Assembly: GCA_050575255.1 (NCBI GenBank)
Contig: JBNZDD010013718.1
Coordinates: 3,157,098-3,221,097 of the forward strand
Direction of reading: 5' to 3'
DNA: 64,000 nucleotides
Source: Harriotta raleighana
Taxonomy: Eukaryota
The translations under genes were made by a program, and so were the position numbers. Every line of letters begins with the position of its first letter. Positions within the stretch are counted from its first letter, which is position 1. Below are positions 51,376 through 63,948 of this stretch, in pieces. A model generated the notes under the pieces. It ran no database searches. It was given only the letters and a program-made list of their open reading frames with translations, and was not told the DNA's origin.

Positions 51376-51720
51376 CCGCTGACTCTCCAGTGCAATGATT
51401 GGAGGGGTATTGGAGGGCTGCATTGTGCGAGGTGCTATCCTTTGGACGAGATATTAAACCAAGGTTCCGCCTGCCTGTTTGGGTTGACATTAAAGATCCT
51501 ATGGCACGAAAATGAAGGGAGATTCTCTCTGTGTTGCGGCCAGCCAAATAAAATTGGTCATTCACTTCACGGCTATTTGTGGGACATTGCTGTGTGCAAA
51601 ATTGCTTGCATCTGTCTACAAAAATACAGTCACTTCACTTTACAGCAAAGATCCTGCAAAGAGCTTTGGGACATCCTCCCAACATGCACCAAAGGTGCTA
51701 AATCAAATTATTATATTAAT
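51376..51720 (+). mobile_element. Deu-domain SINE, body plus tail
   Basis: gctgactctccagtgcaat...gctgcattgtgcgaggtgctatcctttggacgagatattaaaccaagg...taaagatcctatggcac...gctttgggacatcctcccaac...aaaggtgcta. It explains the N-terminal two-thirds of the 149-aa ORF. Confidence 0.9.
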
Positions 51721-51959
51721 ATAAATTTGAAGTCTTTTCGCAAAGCAAGGGAAAACAGCTCACAAGCAGGAAGCTCTCCTGGGGAGAGGTGCAGAGCTGA
51801 AAGGGTTACTGTCATACTGCCAGAGCTATTGATGCTGCTCCAGCTTTCTACTTCGCACATTGGGACCAGCCGACCATCGCCTCATTGTTAGCACCTTTGG
51901 CTCCACAATAGAAGCCAATTTGTTAGAATTTTTTTACAGGTCAGAGGCTGTTTGAAGAT

Positions 51960-52420
51960 GCTGAAGCTGCAGCGGCTGAGAGAAAATGAAGCTGTATTTG
52001 CTCGGCAAATTACATGTCTCCCGCATTTTATGGGCACAGTGCTTCAAAAAAAATTTTTTTCCCCTTTGCATGCATGTGTGTGATATCGTCACAGATCCAG
52101 TTAACGGAGGTTAATAGATTGATTTCAGTGACACGGATCATAATGAACAGTAAATTGTTTTATCTCTTAAGTCTTATTTGGTCAGCCAGGAAAACATATG
52201 AGGTAATATGGTTCAGAGTAAATGGGCCATATAATAGATCTCCTGCTAAACCATAAGGACAGGGGTGACAGCGCTGCAATGATTAATGAAAATAATAAAG
52301 TTCCTGAAATTGAAATTTTTCTAATTTTTTTCCACCAAAACATCAGCAGGGATGATTTGTGGCAACTGAAGAGGGACTTTTGCAATAACCGGATTGGAAT
52401 TTGTTCATGGCTTCCATAAT
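51960..52420. promoter_or_regulatory. Candidate Hox/Pbx/Meis-dependent enhancer
   Basis: TGACAG 52266-52271 lies next to TGATTAATGA 52280-52289 (fits TGATNNATKR). Also TTTATGG 52027-52033 and TGATTTGTGG near 52353. Repeat-free. Confidence 0.45.
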
Positions 52421-53156
52421 CAATTCCTTACTGATTTGAACCAAGCAAAATATTTTCCTACAAACACGTTCATCACTTACAGTCCAGCTGACGTACAGGG
52501 ATTGTGCCCTAAAGTTTTTCCCTTTAGACCATCTCTGTAGACGTCCTTGAAATTTAGGCCTCTTTGTTTGCTTTGGGTGGGGGATTTGCTTACCCTGGCA
52601 CAGAACTAAGACTGGTCAAGGTTTTTATATTGTGTTTATTAGGTTTTTATCATCTTATCAGTATCTTCTTCACAAATCCATGTCAGGGTGTTATGAGCCC
52701 GTAGGGATTTTGTGCTGTTGTTCTTGTCTTCAAACCAAAAGGTAAATTAAAGGGTGAAAGGACTGCATATGTTAAAGGAATTTGCTATCCGGGGTTTATA
52801 GCTGTGCGTTAATAACTCACAAAGAGATGCTATCTTTTTGCTGACACAGGCCATGAAAGAAAATTCTTAAAATCTCGAGTCAAATCCATATACTTTAATT
52901 CTTATAATAAACCGGGAGTTTTGCCAAGTCTTAAAAAAAACAACAACAAGAAACTCCAGCCAGTTTTAGAATAAAAAAAGCAATTCTGAACCACCCGGAT
53001 TGTATTTTTGAGTAGAATTATGCTTTCTTTGTGGGAAGAAGTGTTTTTGTGCATTTTAGGCAACATTTTCAGACATTATTGCACTCGTGAAAAGTGGCCG
53101 GATTTAGATAATCATTTTGAATGATTACGAGAAGGTTGATGTTGAAGCCAGAATTT

Positions 53157-53192
53157 ACAACAACAACTTGAATTTATACAGCGCCCTTCACA
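53157..53192 (-). mobile_element. Tail-only L2 fragment
   Basis: acaacaacaacttgaatttatacagcgcccttcac. Confidence 0.6.
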
Positions 53193-54799
53193 CTTGACAG
53201 AGTTTTGAAGACCGGGAACATAGCGTTCTCCAGCCTCTGACACAGTTCAGACTATTCCTGAAGCCTTTCCTGTAGAAATGAAAGCAGCAGAAAGAGGTGT
53301 CTAACCTAACCTAGGGACAGGCTATTTCCTTAAGGCCACCCACCTTTCAACCCATAGCCCTTTGTTCACCTCTTCCTGCTCTGGCCTCTAGTCTCATTAG
53401 TTGGCAGCACATGAGTGAAGATCCTCCAGTAGACTTCACGTGATTAGAACTAATTTCTTCCACAACGCAGCTCGTGGGTTATGCACGTCTCATTTCTTGG
53501 CCACAGACACTTCAAGGCACATTAGCTGACCAGGGGTGTGATTCAAGACAACCCTACCCCCCAGTCTGATCTCAAGGGCTATAGTTCTCAACCATGACGA
53601 AACGCAATGTCATACTCCATTACCTTACCACCAATACTTCCTTATATACATTCGCTGGCAGTGGCATGTCCCTGCACTAACACCGTAACAATGCAATACC
53701 CTGAAGAAAAGTACTTGAAAGGTTTTTAGGATTTACTTTTAAATCATACAAGTCTAAATTTTGGTCGTACGGTAGTCTTTTTCTGAATAGCCTTTTGGAA
53801 TAATTTGATATGAATCCATAGTACACTTGGTTATATATCTTTTAACCTATTGCTTTCTGCTTTAACTACAAGTCTTTATGCTCTGCCGCTGTGGTTTTTA
53901 ATCTCCGGCATCTTGCTTTCCTTTGCTCCTAAATCAGTTTGATACCTCGGTCATGTGCCTTTTAACCTTAGGAGAGCTGGGCGTTCTGTCAGCAGTGTAA
54001 TATTTGCTCAGATTAATAGCATTGTTCTTATTACCCTCATAAATAGAAAAGGATTTAAAACTAATGAATTAATAAATGAGACCAAAAGTACTGCCATCTT
54101 CCATTGCTGGGCACTGCATTTTTTTGAGCAACTTTCATCTCCAAAGCACCGGTCAAGTCATTTATTGTTTTACTTCACTTGGTACCTAGATTTTCCCACA
54201 ATTATTCATTTCTGCATTCCCACCTCTTTATGGTCCATGCTATTTGTTCCATTCCTGACCCTGTTAACTGTTCGTTGTTTTTGCTTTGAACTGTTGGTCT
54301 TTAGTGCTTTTACTTCTTTTGTCCGATTTTGTTGTTTAATTTTTTCCGGACTGCACCCAGATGATGCTTGGTAGAAAATTCCAAATGTTATTATGTCGTT
54401 TAGGACTGATTTTCAGCTGATTTCTTAGTGTCAGCAAATTGCTGGTGCTATTGAGTAATGAAAATTTAAGTGGGTCAGGAAGTTATTTCATATGAGACAA
54501 ACGCTAGAATTCATAATGAATTCTTCCCAAAAATTTCCAAACATATTTTTTTTCTCCACAATATGGGATTAAAATCTGATCCCGGGTTTAAAAAAAAGAG
54601 AATTGTAATTATTAGAAAAATTAAGAGAATAACTATATTTCCGGATGTCCATAATATGTAGTTTCTGTAAATAAAATTATTGTCAAAAATGGCTTCCTAC
54701 ACGATTACATTATGTTTAACAAATATATGTGGACGATTGGATTTGTTGATAATTTAGTTACTTTCAAAATATACAATCTTTGAGTGTTATTAATTTTAG

Positions 54800-55106
54800 G
54801 TTCCATCTGCCTTTGACTGAGGTGGATGTAAAGGCTCTCCTGCTACAATTTAAAAGAAATGTGGAGTTTTCTCTCCTGCTTTAAAGCCCTCCCACCACCT
54901 CCAACCAATCAAAATGTACCCTATATTCACATTAATTAGTTGCTCATCTCCTCGGTCTTTATGGGTTGTTGCTACACAGATTAGCAGACCCTTGTTTATA
55001 TAACAACATTTCACTTCACGTCGGATCAATTATAGTTTGTGAAGCTCTTTGAGACTTGCATTTTTAATGCGAAAGGTGCTATATAATTGCAAATTGTTGT
55101 TGTTGT
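54800..55106 (+). mobile_element. Highly diverged Deu-domain SINE with (TTG)n tail
   Basis: ccatctgcc...aggtggatgtaaagg...tgtgaagctctttgagac...gcgaaaggtgctatataattgcaaattgttgttgttgt. Confidence 0.7.
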
Positions 55107-56380
55107 ATAATGAAGACTTGACATAAGTGGCTTATGAGGTCATTTTCATACGTGAAAAACACTCGAATCAATCACAGGCCTCAAATGTTCAGTTTACTGT
55201 ATTTGGCACCGAGTTAAGTCAGGAAAAAAGGCAACAATATTTAAGGATGACATTTGAGCAGGTCTGTGGTAATCCAACTGAAGAGTATACGGAATTAATT
55301 TCAAAAGGTCACAATTGTTTCAACATGCAAAATATCGAGCAAGCCACAAACTATCAAGAACTTTTGTTTTCAAAATGATTTTATAAAGGTAAAAGGTTAT
55401 GGAAAAGAAAAATATGGGAATTCACAAGGACATTAGAGGATTAGCACACTATAAGCAGTAAATGGCCTCCATTTAGTGTACTATATATCTCGGCACATGG
55501 GAATACTTGTATAACTAATGCACTTACCATGCTTACACGATCTGAAACCTATTCTTTCTAAACAGAAGAGCAATTTCCCCTATTATTTTCTAACTTAATA
55601 CAAGAGGTAACTCAGACAGAAAGTGTGTCAACTCCCAATTTGGGATTTTGAAAAAGGTTGCACTTAGATGTTCAGAATGTGTGTGTAAAAAAAATCAGGT
55701 TACAATGTGCAACGTTGATTTAATAAATTGTCTCTCAATTCAATCAAAGGAAACAAATTTAATTTGAAGTCTGTCAGCTCTGGCCTGCTTAACTGGAACA
55801 GATCTTTGTAGCTACAAAACAGATCAATATAACTCCTGGAATGCTAGATTCACTTATTTAATCCTTAAAGAATTTACAAAATTCACTATTGACTTGTATG
55901 GCTTGGCTATTTGAATCCTCTTCACAATGTGACAACAAGTCGTATTGCTTCTGTATAAACCAATAATACATTTTTATGAATTATTACTAGATGTTGATTG
56001 TAGACCATTTCACTTTAATGTTACCTGAGAATTCATTTTCTGTTAAGATATGGAGTGCAATTTGTGACTGGGAAGGTACAGCTGATCCCATTCTGAGAGA
56101 CTTCAGTACAGTCAAGAATATAGAGCGCTATCCAAATGTGATCAGCAGAGGGCAAGAACATTCAGCTTTTAGATATATTTATATCACGGCACTAAAACAA
56201 ACAATCTTTCAAACACAGCTCATGTGGCTACAGAATCTTTCATTATTTTGTTTCCACCCAATTATATATTATTCACCATTGAAAGATGCTCTATCAAATG
56301 CAAGGATTATATTTGAAAAATACTAACATTTATTATTTTCTCATTTTGCTTGCATATGAAAATGGTGTATTTGAACAGAG

Positions 56381-56487
56381 ATAATAATCCTTGTATTTGG
56401 TCTAGCACTTCTTCCCATCATCGAGACTTGTCAAAGTATTTCAAAGGAATTTCTGTAAAAAAGAGTGACTGTATTTGTAGGCGAACA
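56381..56487 (-). mobile_element. Deu-SINE 3' fragment (faces a short + strand tail at 56280-56313)
   Basis: ataataatccttgtatttggtctagcactt...gtgactgtatttgtaggcgaac. Confidence 0.65.
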
Positions 56488-58801
56488 GTCAGGTTACAAA
56501 ATATGATGCTGATTTAATAAATCAAGTCACGTAAATTGTTAAAGAGCTTGCCTGATGTACCATGTTGGCTTATATCAAGTAAATACGCAGGGTTTAAAGG
56601 AGTAAATGAGAATGGTTGTCTGGATACATTTGCTTGCAAGAGAATTTAACCAAGTTAGTATGTAGAAGCAAGTTCACTTGCTTATTAGTTAAATAATATT
56701 GGGTTTGGGGAAAAGTCAACAAAGTTAACACAGGCAAGGTTTTGCAGGAAACTCTACAGAGACCGGTAATCTGAAGAAAGGTTATGTAGGATTAAAGTTA
56801 TTTCCTACTGCAACTCAAAATGCTGCAGGGTAGCAATTCTTATCCACGAGTCCTTGTAGGCAAGAATATTAAATTTAATGATAATAGTACTAGAAGTAGT
56901 TCAGATTGAAGTGGGACTAGTAACCTTGGCTGTGCTCACGTGTTCTTTCCCACTCTGGCATATTTCCCTACCATCCCGCCGGAGTACACCTTCATTTTCA
57001 ACGCAGGAATGGAACTCTGCGGTAATCTTATCTTGAATTGGTTCCTTTTGGGAAGGCTGCCTAATGATCAAGATAGGCTTCAGCCTTGAGGCCTTTACTG
57101 GAGAGATGAGATGGGCTGCAGTTGAAAGTTTGTTAACCTCAAAAGGCATTGGTTACAACTTTTGCTTGACTGCACATCAGTTCGAAAGCTTGTGCTTCCA
57201 GTTTTTTTAATTGAGTGACTTTCCTCCCCAGTGTTCACTAAATGGTGATACTTTACATGGCCCCAGTTGAAACAACAACAGATGGGTTCTCAGCTAATCT
57301 TTCTTGCAGTGTGTTGGACATGAAAAAGGTGCAAGGCTGGTGTGAGAAGTGAACGAGATTGTCCAGAGACATTCTCTTGGTTCTGGTAAGAAGAAACCTT
57401 CACTTAAATCTGATTTGGCAATTGAATCTCATGTCTTTTACTAGAAATGTAATGGGACAATGAGGAAAGGCATCTGAGACGTTCGAGGATATACACCCTT
57501 TGAATTGCTTCATTTCTTTTGACCTATTTAAACCTAGATATGGTTTCAGAAATGACCAATTTTTAAATTTTTTGTGTTAAATGAAACCATAATCGACAAA
57601 AATGAAAGACACCCATCTCCTGAAGAAATGTTCCCTTCTCAATTTGAGCTTTTTCCTCGATGTCATAATATAACGGGCAGAAAAAAAATTGTTCAAATGT
57701 TAGCATTTTGGAAATTGATCAGTCGGATAATATTTCTGGGAATGCTAGACATTTGCTAGATATGCAATTTCAGTAATGGACCGTGTGAGATGGAGACATA
57801 TCTGTACTATGCCCCAGGCAAACTGTAATGCAAGATTGCAGCTTATTTCCCTCTAAGAAGTGTTGGATAGGATTGGCTTGACTCCTTGCTGTCTATGGAG
57901 GATGGGAAAAGATGCATCTTTCTGATGCTGGAAGTGCAACGGGTTTGAGGTCTGTTGTTCCTGGATAGGGGGTCCCTTTGAAGTAAAAATGTATGGTGTA
58001 AAGGGAATGACATGTTCAACATTGTCTTTTTGTTAGATCCCACTAAAAGCGGAGTTTGGTGCTTTTTGTAGATTAATCTCTTTTGACTGAGTTGGGCCTT
58101 CTTTAGGACTGGGGAAGGAGAAAGGTTAGTGGTATCTATTTATGGCTGAACTGGGTCAAAGAAAACATGTATTGGCAGGCAGAGGGTCTCAGTAATTCAA
58201 GACAATGTTGATGGTGAACCAGTCTGGTCGACTGGCCTTAATTAATGGTGTAGACATATCCTCAAATTGCAGGAGCAAAACCTTAATGATCCTACATGGA
58301 CCAGTACTGTGAAACACCAGTTTCACACTCATGCGTGTGAGTATTTCACACTCATAAACTGAATTCTCAGTTAGAATTCTGTATATTATGTATGGGGCTG
58401 GCCTGTGCCTCCAGTTTCGCTCATTGAAGGATGCCATTGGAAAAGAAAAGTTATTCTTTTGAATAGTGGAAGGATAGGGGAGGAATAGGGAAAGAAGAAG
58501 GCCAGTACTTCAACCATTGCTGCCAGCCAAAAAGCTGACTGTGGAAACCCTGTCCGATTAATCAGTCATGAAATGAGTTGAGACAAATTTTCATTAGCAC
58601 TATCTGGTAGCTTGTGTAATTCTTTAGTAATGGTTCCTGAGTAATACCATTATAATTCCTTTTGTATCAAAAGTATGTGTCGCAAGCTCATGTACCACTG
58701 ATTACATTGTTCTACTGTCCTTGGATATTTTTCAATGAAGAAAAAAAATCGAGAGTCTAAATTGATCACGTCAATGATATTGATGAAATAAATCACACAC
58801 A

Positions 58802-58983
58802 AATCAATCAATCAATCAAAATTTTATTTATATAGCGCCTTTCACGTTGGGAGGACATCCCAAGGCGCTGTACAATCAAGTAGGGGGGGAGGGCTCAGGG
58901 AAAGGAATAGGAAAAATTGACTGTTATATTTGTGGGCGAAACGCGGCAGCCAAATTGCGCACAGCAGAAAATGCCCAACATTG
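58802..58983 (-). mobile_element. Chimeric element: Deu-SINE 3' body joined to an L2 3' UTR/tail ending in (TTGA)n
   Basis: Minus strand: gctgtgcgcaatttggctgccgcgtttcgcccacaaatataacagtcaatt | tttcctattcctttccctgagccctcccccctacttgattgtacagcgccttgggatgtcctcccaacgtgaaaggcgctatataaat...(ttga)n. Confidence 0.8.
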
Positions 58984-59204
58984 AAGCTGCCACTATAAAA
59001 AGTTATTCATGAAACATATAAAAACTAAGAAAATAATCATGAAGGTTACTTGTGAAGGATCCAAGTTGCAATAGTTGTATATTTGCTGCAAGGCAGAGTT
59101 TCCCCCAGATGCTTATGATTTAGTGGAGGTTTTCAAGCAGGTTACATCACAAATTAAACAGTCACTACACCTTAGAGTAAATCCTGTGAGACACACTCCT
59201 GATG

Positions 59205-59500
59205 TACAAGGCCCGAGTTGGGGGAAAGTGGGGGGGAGGGGGTGGGGGGAGTTGGTATCTAGTGGAGAGCAGAGAGGTAGCGGGGTGGCCGAATGCATGG
59301 TCAAGGAGGAAGATCCTGAGGCATACCTTGAAGGAGGCAAATGAGGGAGCGAAGCGTATTTGGGATGGAGTTCCAGGGGATGGGACAGAGAGGCTGAAGG
59401 CCTGACTGCCAATGGTGGATTGAGCTAGGTGTAGGCAATGGTGCAAGGTGGAGTCTGATGAGCAGAGGAAGTGGACAGATTAGTAAGGGTCGGAGAGGGC
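59205..59500 (-). mobile_element. L2 LINE ORF2 C-terminus and 3' UTR
   Basis: Minus ORF ...STIGSQAFSLSVP...SFASFKVCLRIFLLDHAFGH matches the L2 C-terminal pattern GxRAFS...SFKxxLKTxLF and is homologous to 23600-23760. Confidence 0.85.
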
Positions 59501-59508
59501 AAACCTAT

Positions 59509-59584
59509 GATCAATCAATCTAAAATTAATCAAAATTACATTCATATAGCGCCTTTCACATTGGGAGGACGTCCCAAGGCGCTG
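59509..59584 (-). mobile_element. Tail-only L2 fragment with (TTGA)n end
   Basis: Minus strand cagcgccttgggacgtcctcccaatgtgaaaggcgctatatgaatgtaattttgatt. Confidence 0.85.
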
Positions 59585-60319
59585 ATGGGCCTTCAAGTTT
59601 AATAAAAGAGAAACTCTTTGTTTTAAACATTCCCCCATTGACAGGATAACCCTATATAAATCAGATTTTGCATTCTCACTATAAACTTTGTCCCCAAAAA
59701 ACTATTTAAAAATTGCTTAATTTTAAGGTGAATTTTGTGGGTGTTAAAAGGTGCCAAAATTGTGCCCCAAATGGAATGTTTTTGAAACCAGATTGATGCT
59801 CGATAGATCTGTATCCCTCTATTGTTTCCTGTTATTTAGGGGCTTTAAGATACAGCCCATGTGAAGGTGCTATATAAATGCAGGATGATGTTAATTCCCC
59901 TTTTTTGTTAATGCACCAGGAATTACAATTTACACTAGAATTTCAGAATTCACATTACATTTGATGATAGACATGAAGAAATTTACATCCATCTGTTTTT
60001 CATAAAATTAATGACAATCTCAGTTTACTATGAGTTGAAATACCATCAGACGTGTCAAAAAACAAAACAGCAATCCTTCGTGTCCAGGAATAATTTACAA
60101 AGTGGGAAAAGGAATTATAAATTCAAATGAAAACTTCTCATCATCAAATTCCTTAGGCTATTTATAACCTATATATGTTTCAAACACATTGTACATCACC
60201 TGCAGAGAGATTAGAATAAAAGCTCAAAGCAACAAAATAAAATGGAATGAAACGAAAGTGGAGATTTCAACTATTTCTATGCTACTTTATCACATCTTGT
60301 AAGTACATAATGATGGAAT

Positions 60320-60699
60320 TAGATTTGCTAAGGCTCTTCAGTTTTGAGAAGATGTCGCAGAGGTCACCTCATTGAGGTTTGAAAAGAGACTTTGAATGGG
60401 ATTGAAGAAGTAAACTACGAACAATACATGTAGATGCAGCCAGACAGTAGAACAGCTAAATTTAGAGTTACAAAGGGAAATTGCGAGACAGATTCCAGGA
60501 AGGGTTTCTTTACCTAGAGGGTAATTGACACCTGGAACAGGGTCCGAGAAAAAGTAGTTGAAGCAAGAATGCTGGATTATTTAAAGAAATGGCTTGATGT
60601 TATGATGAATGGACAGTAAGGTGGATATTCTGGATGGGTGAGATCATATTGGACAAAGATCTTTCTTCACCTGAACCTTCATCTTATTATCTTGTGATT
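60320..60699 (+). mobile_element. CR1-type LINE 3' end
   Basis: Encodes LFSFEK...RGHLIEV...RKGFFT*RVIDTWNRVREKVVEARMLDYLKKWLDVMM, followed by the UTR shared with the 1.9, 13.7 and 19.1 kb copies. Confidence 0.85.
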
Positions 60700-62627
60700 G
60701 CTCATAAATGCAATAACCTTATCAAGCACACTATATGAGAAACACGCTATTTAACCATTTATATTTATAATAGAATAAGATCTAGACTGCTTTCCAGCTA
60801 AACTTAGTCTCTCTCAGATAGATTAACTAAATAAAAGATTGAGAGTCTTCTTTGGTCACCAGATGTACAACACTTGTGGAAACCAATCAATGTGCTTAAG
60901 ACTATCTAAAGCAGACAAGCTCCATACAGACACACTATATGGAAGTTTTTCTTTGTCACAGTCATGTGTTATCAGTTAAGTTACTCTGTTTTTATTTCTG
61001 GATGCCTTCCCACCCCATCCTGCACTGCTTCCTCCAACTCTATCCCTCATTATTTCGCCATTGCTAGTAAGAATAGCATTTGTGGCCATGAACAAGTCAG
61101 TTTAAGTTATTTTGGAACTAAAATAAGTATTTTTTTCTCTATTTCTCATCACCAAATAGCCCAGTCAACTCCACCCAGTGCCTTTCCTTACACTGTACTT
61201 CGGATGTGGTTATGCCACTTCTCTCTATCCATCTCTCGCTCTCTCAAAACACAACCATTGAAAAAGGGGAAAAGGGAGGCTGTCCTTTTCCCTATATAAG
61301 CTGCCTTCAATTACTTCATTATTAGTCTAATGAGGCAATTGCATTTCCCCACATGGTTTGTTAACTGAACCTGCCTCTTCTGGTTCAGCTGTTTCCCCAG
61401 TCACAAGCACCAATACAACTGAATGGCTCAGTTATTAAATTGCATGGAGTGCAATCAGCATTAAAAAGCTCCTGGAAGAGGGTTCCTAGAAGTCAAGTGG
61501 AATTCTAACGGGAATCCCATTAAAAATGTCACAAATTATCTTTGCAATTCCTTATTATTCATTTCTTTGGAGCAAGGCAAATCTACCAATTCTTCATTAT
61601 ATATTTAGTGAAAATAGAAAACAGACAGGAAGTTCAATCAATTATATGTTCCCTATCAGTCCTAAACTGCAATGTATTGAATCTAGTGATTTTCACCTGG
61701 TGAATAATGCAGAGTAAGCATCATAATTTCCTTACAATAAAGAGCAAAAAGTAGGTGAATATGACAGTCAATTTGGGTGCAGCAACATCCACAAATAGCA
61801 ATGAGGTTAATCATCAAAGTGAGTTACTGAGAAGCATAGTATAGTGGACATGCTCTATGCATTTCTGAAGGTTAAGGGTTACAGGAGAAACACGTCCTTG
61901 TCAGGCCCAATGGAGTCTTGGGATACGTGTCCACCACACGGACAACTCCACAGTTCAAGAATGTATTAGTGGTGGCATGTAAAGGCTTGTGCAGAATTAC
62001 AACAACACCATCTGCCATGTTAAAGGACCTAACATGATTCCGATCTGTTTCTCGGACTGTTGCATTACCAAAACTAGAAGCTGTTGAAAATTTATCTTGA
62101 TCTATCACTGACTTCACATTGAAATCTTTCTGTCTATAAAAGAGTTGGTTTAAATGAATGCGTAAAAGAGCACATGATTTTGCTAAATCATTTTTAAAGT
62201 GTAAAATATTCATTACGTATCAACATACAGTGAGTGGATATACAGTAACATGATGGGCCATGAAGAATCCGTAAAATATTGATCTCACACCGAATGTTTG
62301 AATGGTTTGATAATGCAGATGGATTAACCTCGTTCCATGTTATTGTTGAGATTGATAGCAGTTCAGATACAGCGACATTTGTTTCACAACAACATATATG
62401 TAACTTTTAAGTCAAAATGACTAACCAGTAAAACCTTTGAGTCTTTTGGGGATAATCTTTGATTATAGAATAAAACCCCACATTTCTGATCAATGTGAAA
62501 AGCTGATGCTATATATAGAATGGCCCAATAGAGTGGTTTAACACTGATCATGTGATGTCAATACCATATATAAGCAGTCAAGATCATTTCATGTGACCAT
62601 CACAATTGTAAATGGGTTTAACAAATT

Positions 62628-62720
62628 CAACAACAAGAACTTGAATTTATACACTGCCCTTCATGCAGGGTAGCGTCTCGGAGTGCTTAACAGTGGTAGA
62701 ATTTGACACGAAACTGAGGA
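62628..62720 (-). mobile_element. L2 3' end, (TTG)n-tailed subfamily
   Basis: caacaacaagaacttgaatttatacactgcccttcatgcagggtagcgtctcggagtgcttaacagtggtagaatttgacacg, homologous to 27351-27440. Confidence 0.7.
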
Positions 62721-63892
62721 GTGAACTCCTGAGTAATCCAGCCACAGAGTTCAGAATATAACAGAAAAAGAACAGCTGGATATAGCATTCCTTAATCTTC
62801 GTTTCTTTTTGCAGGTAGCTGAAAAATCTTATTTTGTACAGATTTGAGATCCATCATTTAAAGTGTTCAAAAGCATTTCCGACTCACCAGGTTAGGCATT
62901 TTGAACATATTAGTGAGAGGAGGAATGAAATCACAATAATTTATTTTCATCTCCAATTAGCATTAATGGAAAATGACTTGTTTGCCAACAGTAAAGGGGG
63001 TTTTATTTGTCTGGTATTCAATTGCTGATCTTAGAAAGGGGGGGCATTCATTCTTTAGGTGTTTTGGTTTTCAGCCACCTGGCTGGATTGGAGGCAGGGG
63101 GAGGGGTTGCTTAACTCCTCTCTATAAAAAGATATCAGCTGAGAAGAATGCCTTTCTATAAATCAGAGAGATATATCATTGCACAACGTGTCTCACTGCC
63201 AAAACTGAAGGGCAAACTGAGCCAAGGCTAGGAAAGCAGAGCCTCAAAGTATTACATTTAAATGTGGCAGGCTGACCTTACTCTGATGTGCTTGATTGTC
63301 TGATGCCATGGTTGTGACTAACTTGTTCCACATTTTATTTGCTGAGGAATATTCTGGCTCTTATCCCTTCACACAGTGAGTTCCATGTATAGTACCCAAT
63401 AGCATTCTGCATGATCTATCATTAAATTAATGGTTACATCCTAGGGAGGGCTCAGGGGGGAGGTAACTGGGGATCTGGCTCCAAGGTCACGTATCTTCAA
63501 TAGAAAATCAGAATCAAGTGGACCCTCTGTGGTCATCTCAGTCATCATTTACTGAACCATGTGGGTTTGCAGCACTGCTCATGATAGGCCAGCCAGCCTG
63601 GCTCATTGGCAAGACTCAGAAGTGCAGACTGGTCACTGGGAGCAAAGGTTCTTCCCAGGTGGCTCTTGTTAATCCTGCAAGCCAAAGTACTAATGCATAG
63701 AATGGTCCTAGGTGGGCAAGCAGCAGGAAGCTTGCTGGACAGTGCTTACAATGACTGGGTTTAGCTGGTTAAACACCAGAAGTGCCTCACCACACATTCT
63801 GTGACTCCAGCTTTCCCAAGCCTTGGCTCTCACCCATCTATGCCTAATGCTTTTTCCAGAATTACGTAAGCAGGGTGTGTACTTCCAAGGGG

Positions 63893-63948
63893 AGTGGGAC
63901 GTCCTCCCGACGCAAAAGGCGCTCTATAAATGTCATTTTTGTTGTTTT
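63893..63948 (+). mobile_element. Tail-only L2 fragment
   Basis: gggacgtcctcccgacgcaaaaggcgctctataaatgtcatttttgttgttttt. Confidence 0.75.

Noticed and set aside
51442-51891. Longest ORF in the track (149 aa)
   Set aside because: Mostly inside a Deu-SINE, with no recognisable domain.
57843-58260. Possible decayed L1/Tx1 coding sequence on -
   Set aside because: The composition is suggestive but I could read no diagnostic motif.
61872-62213. 113-aa minus-strand ORF
   Set aside because: No recognisable domain or splice context, and the length is within chance expectation for 64 kb.
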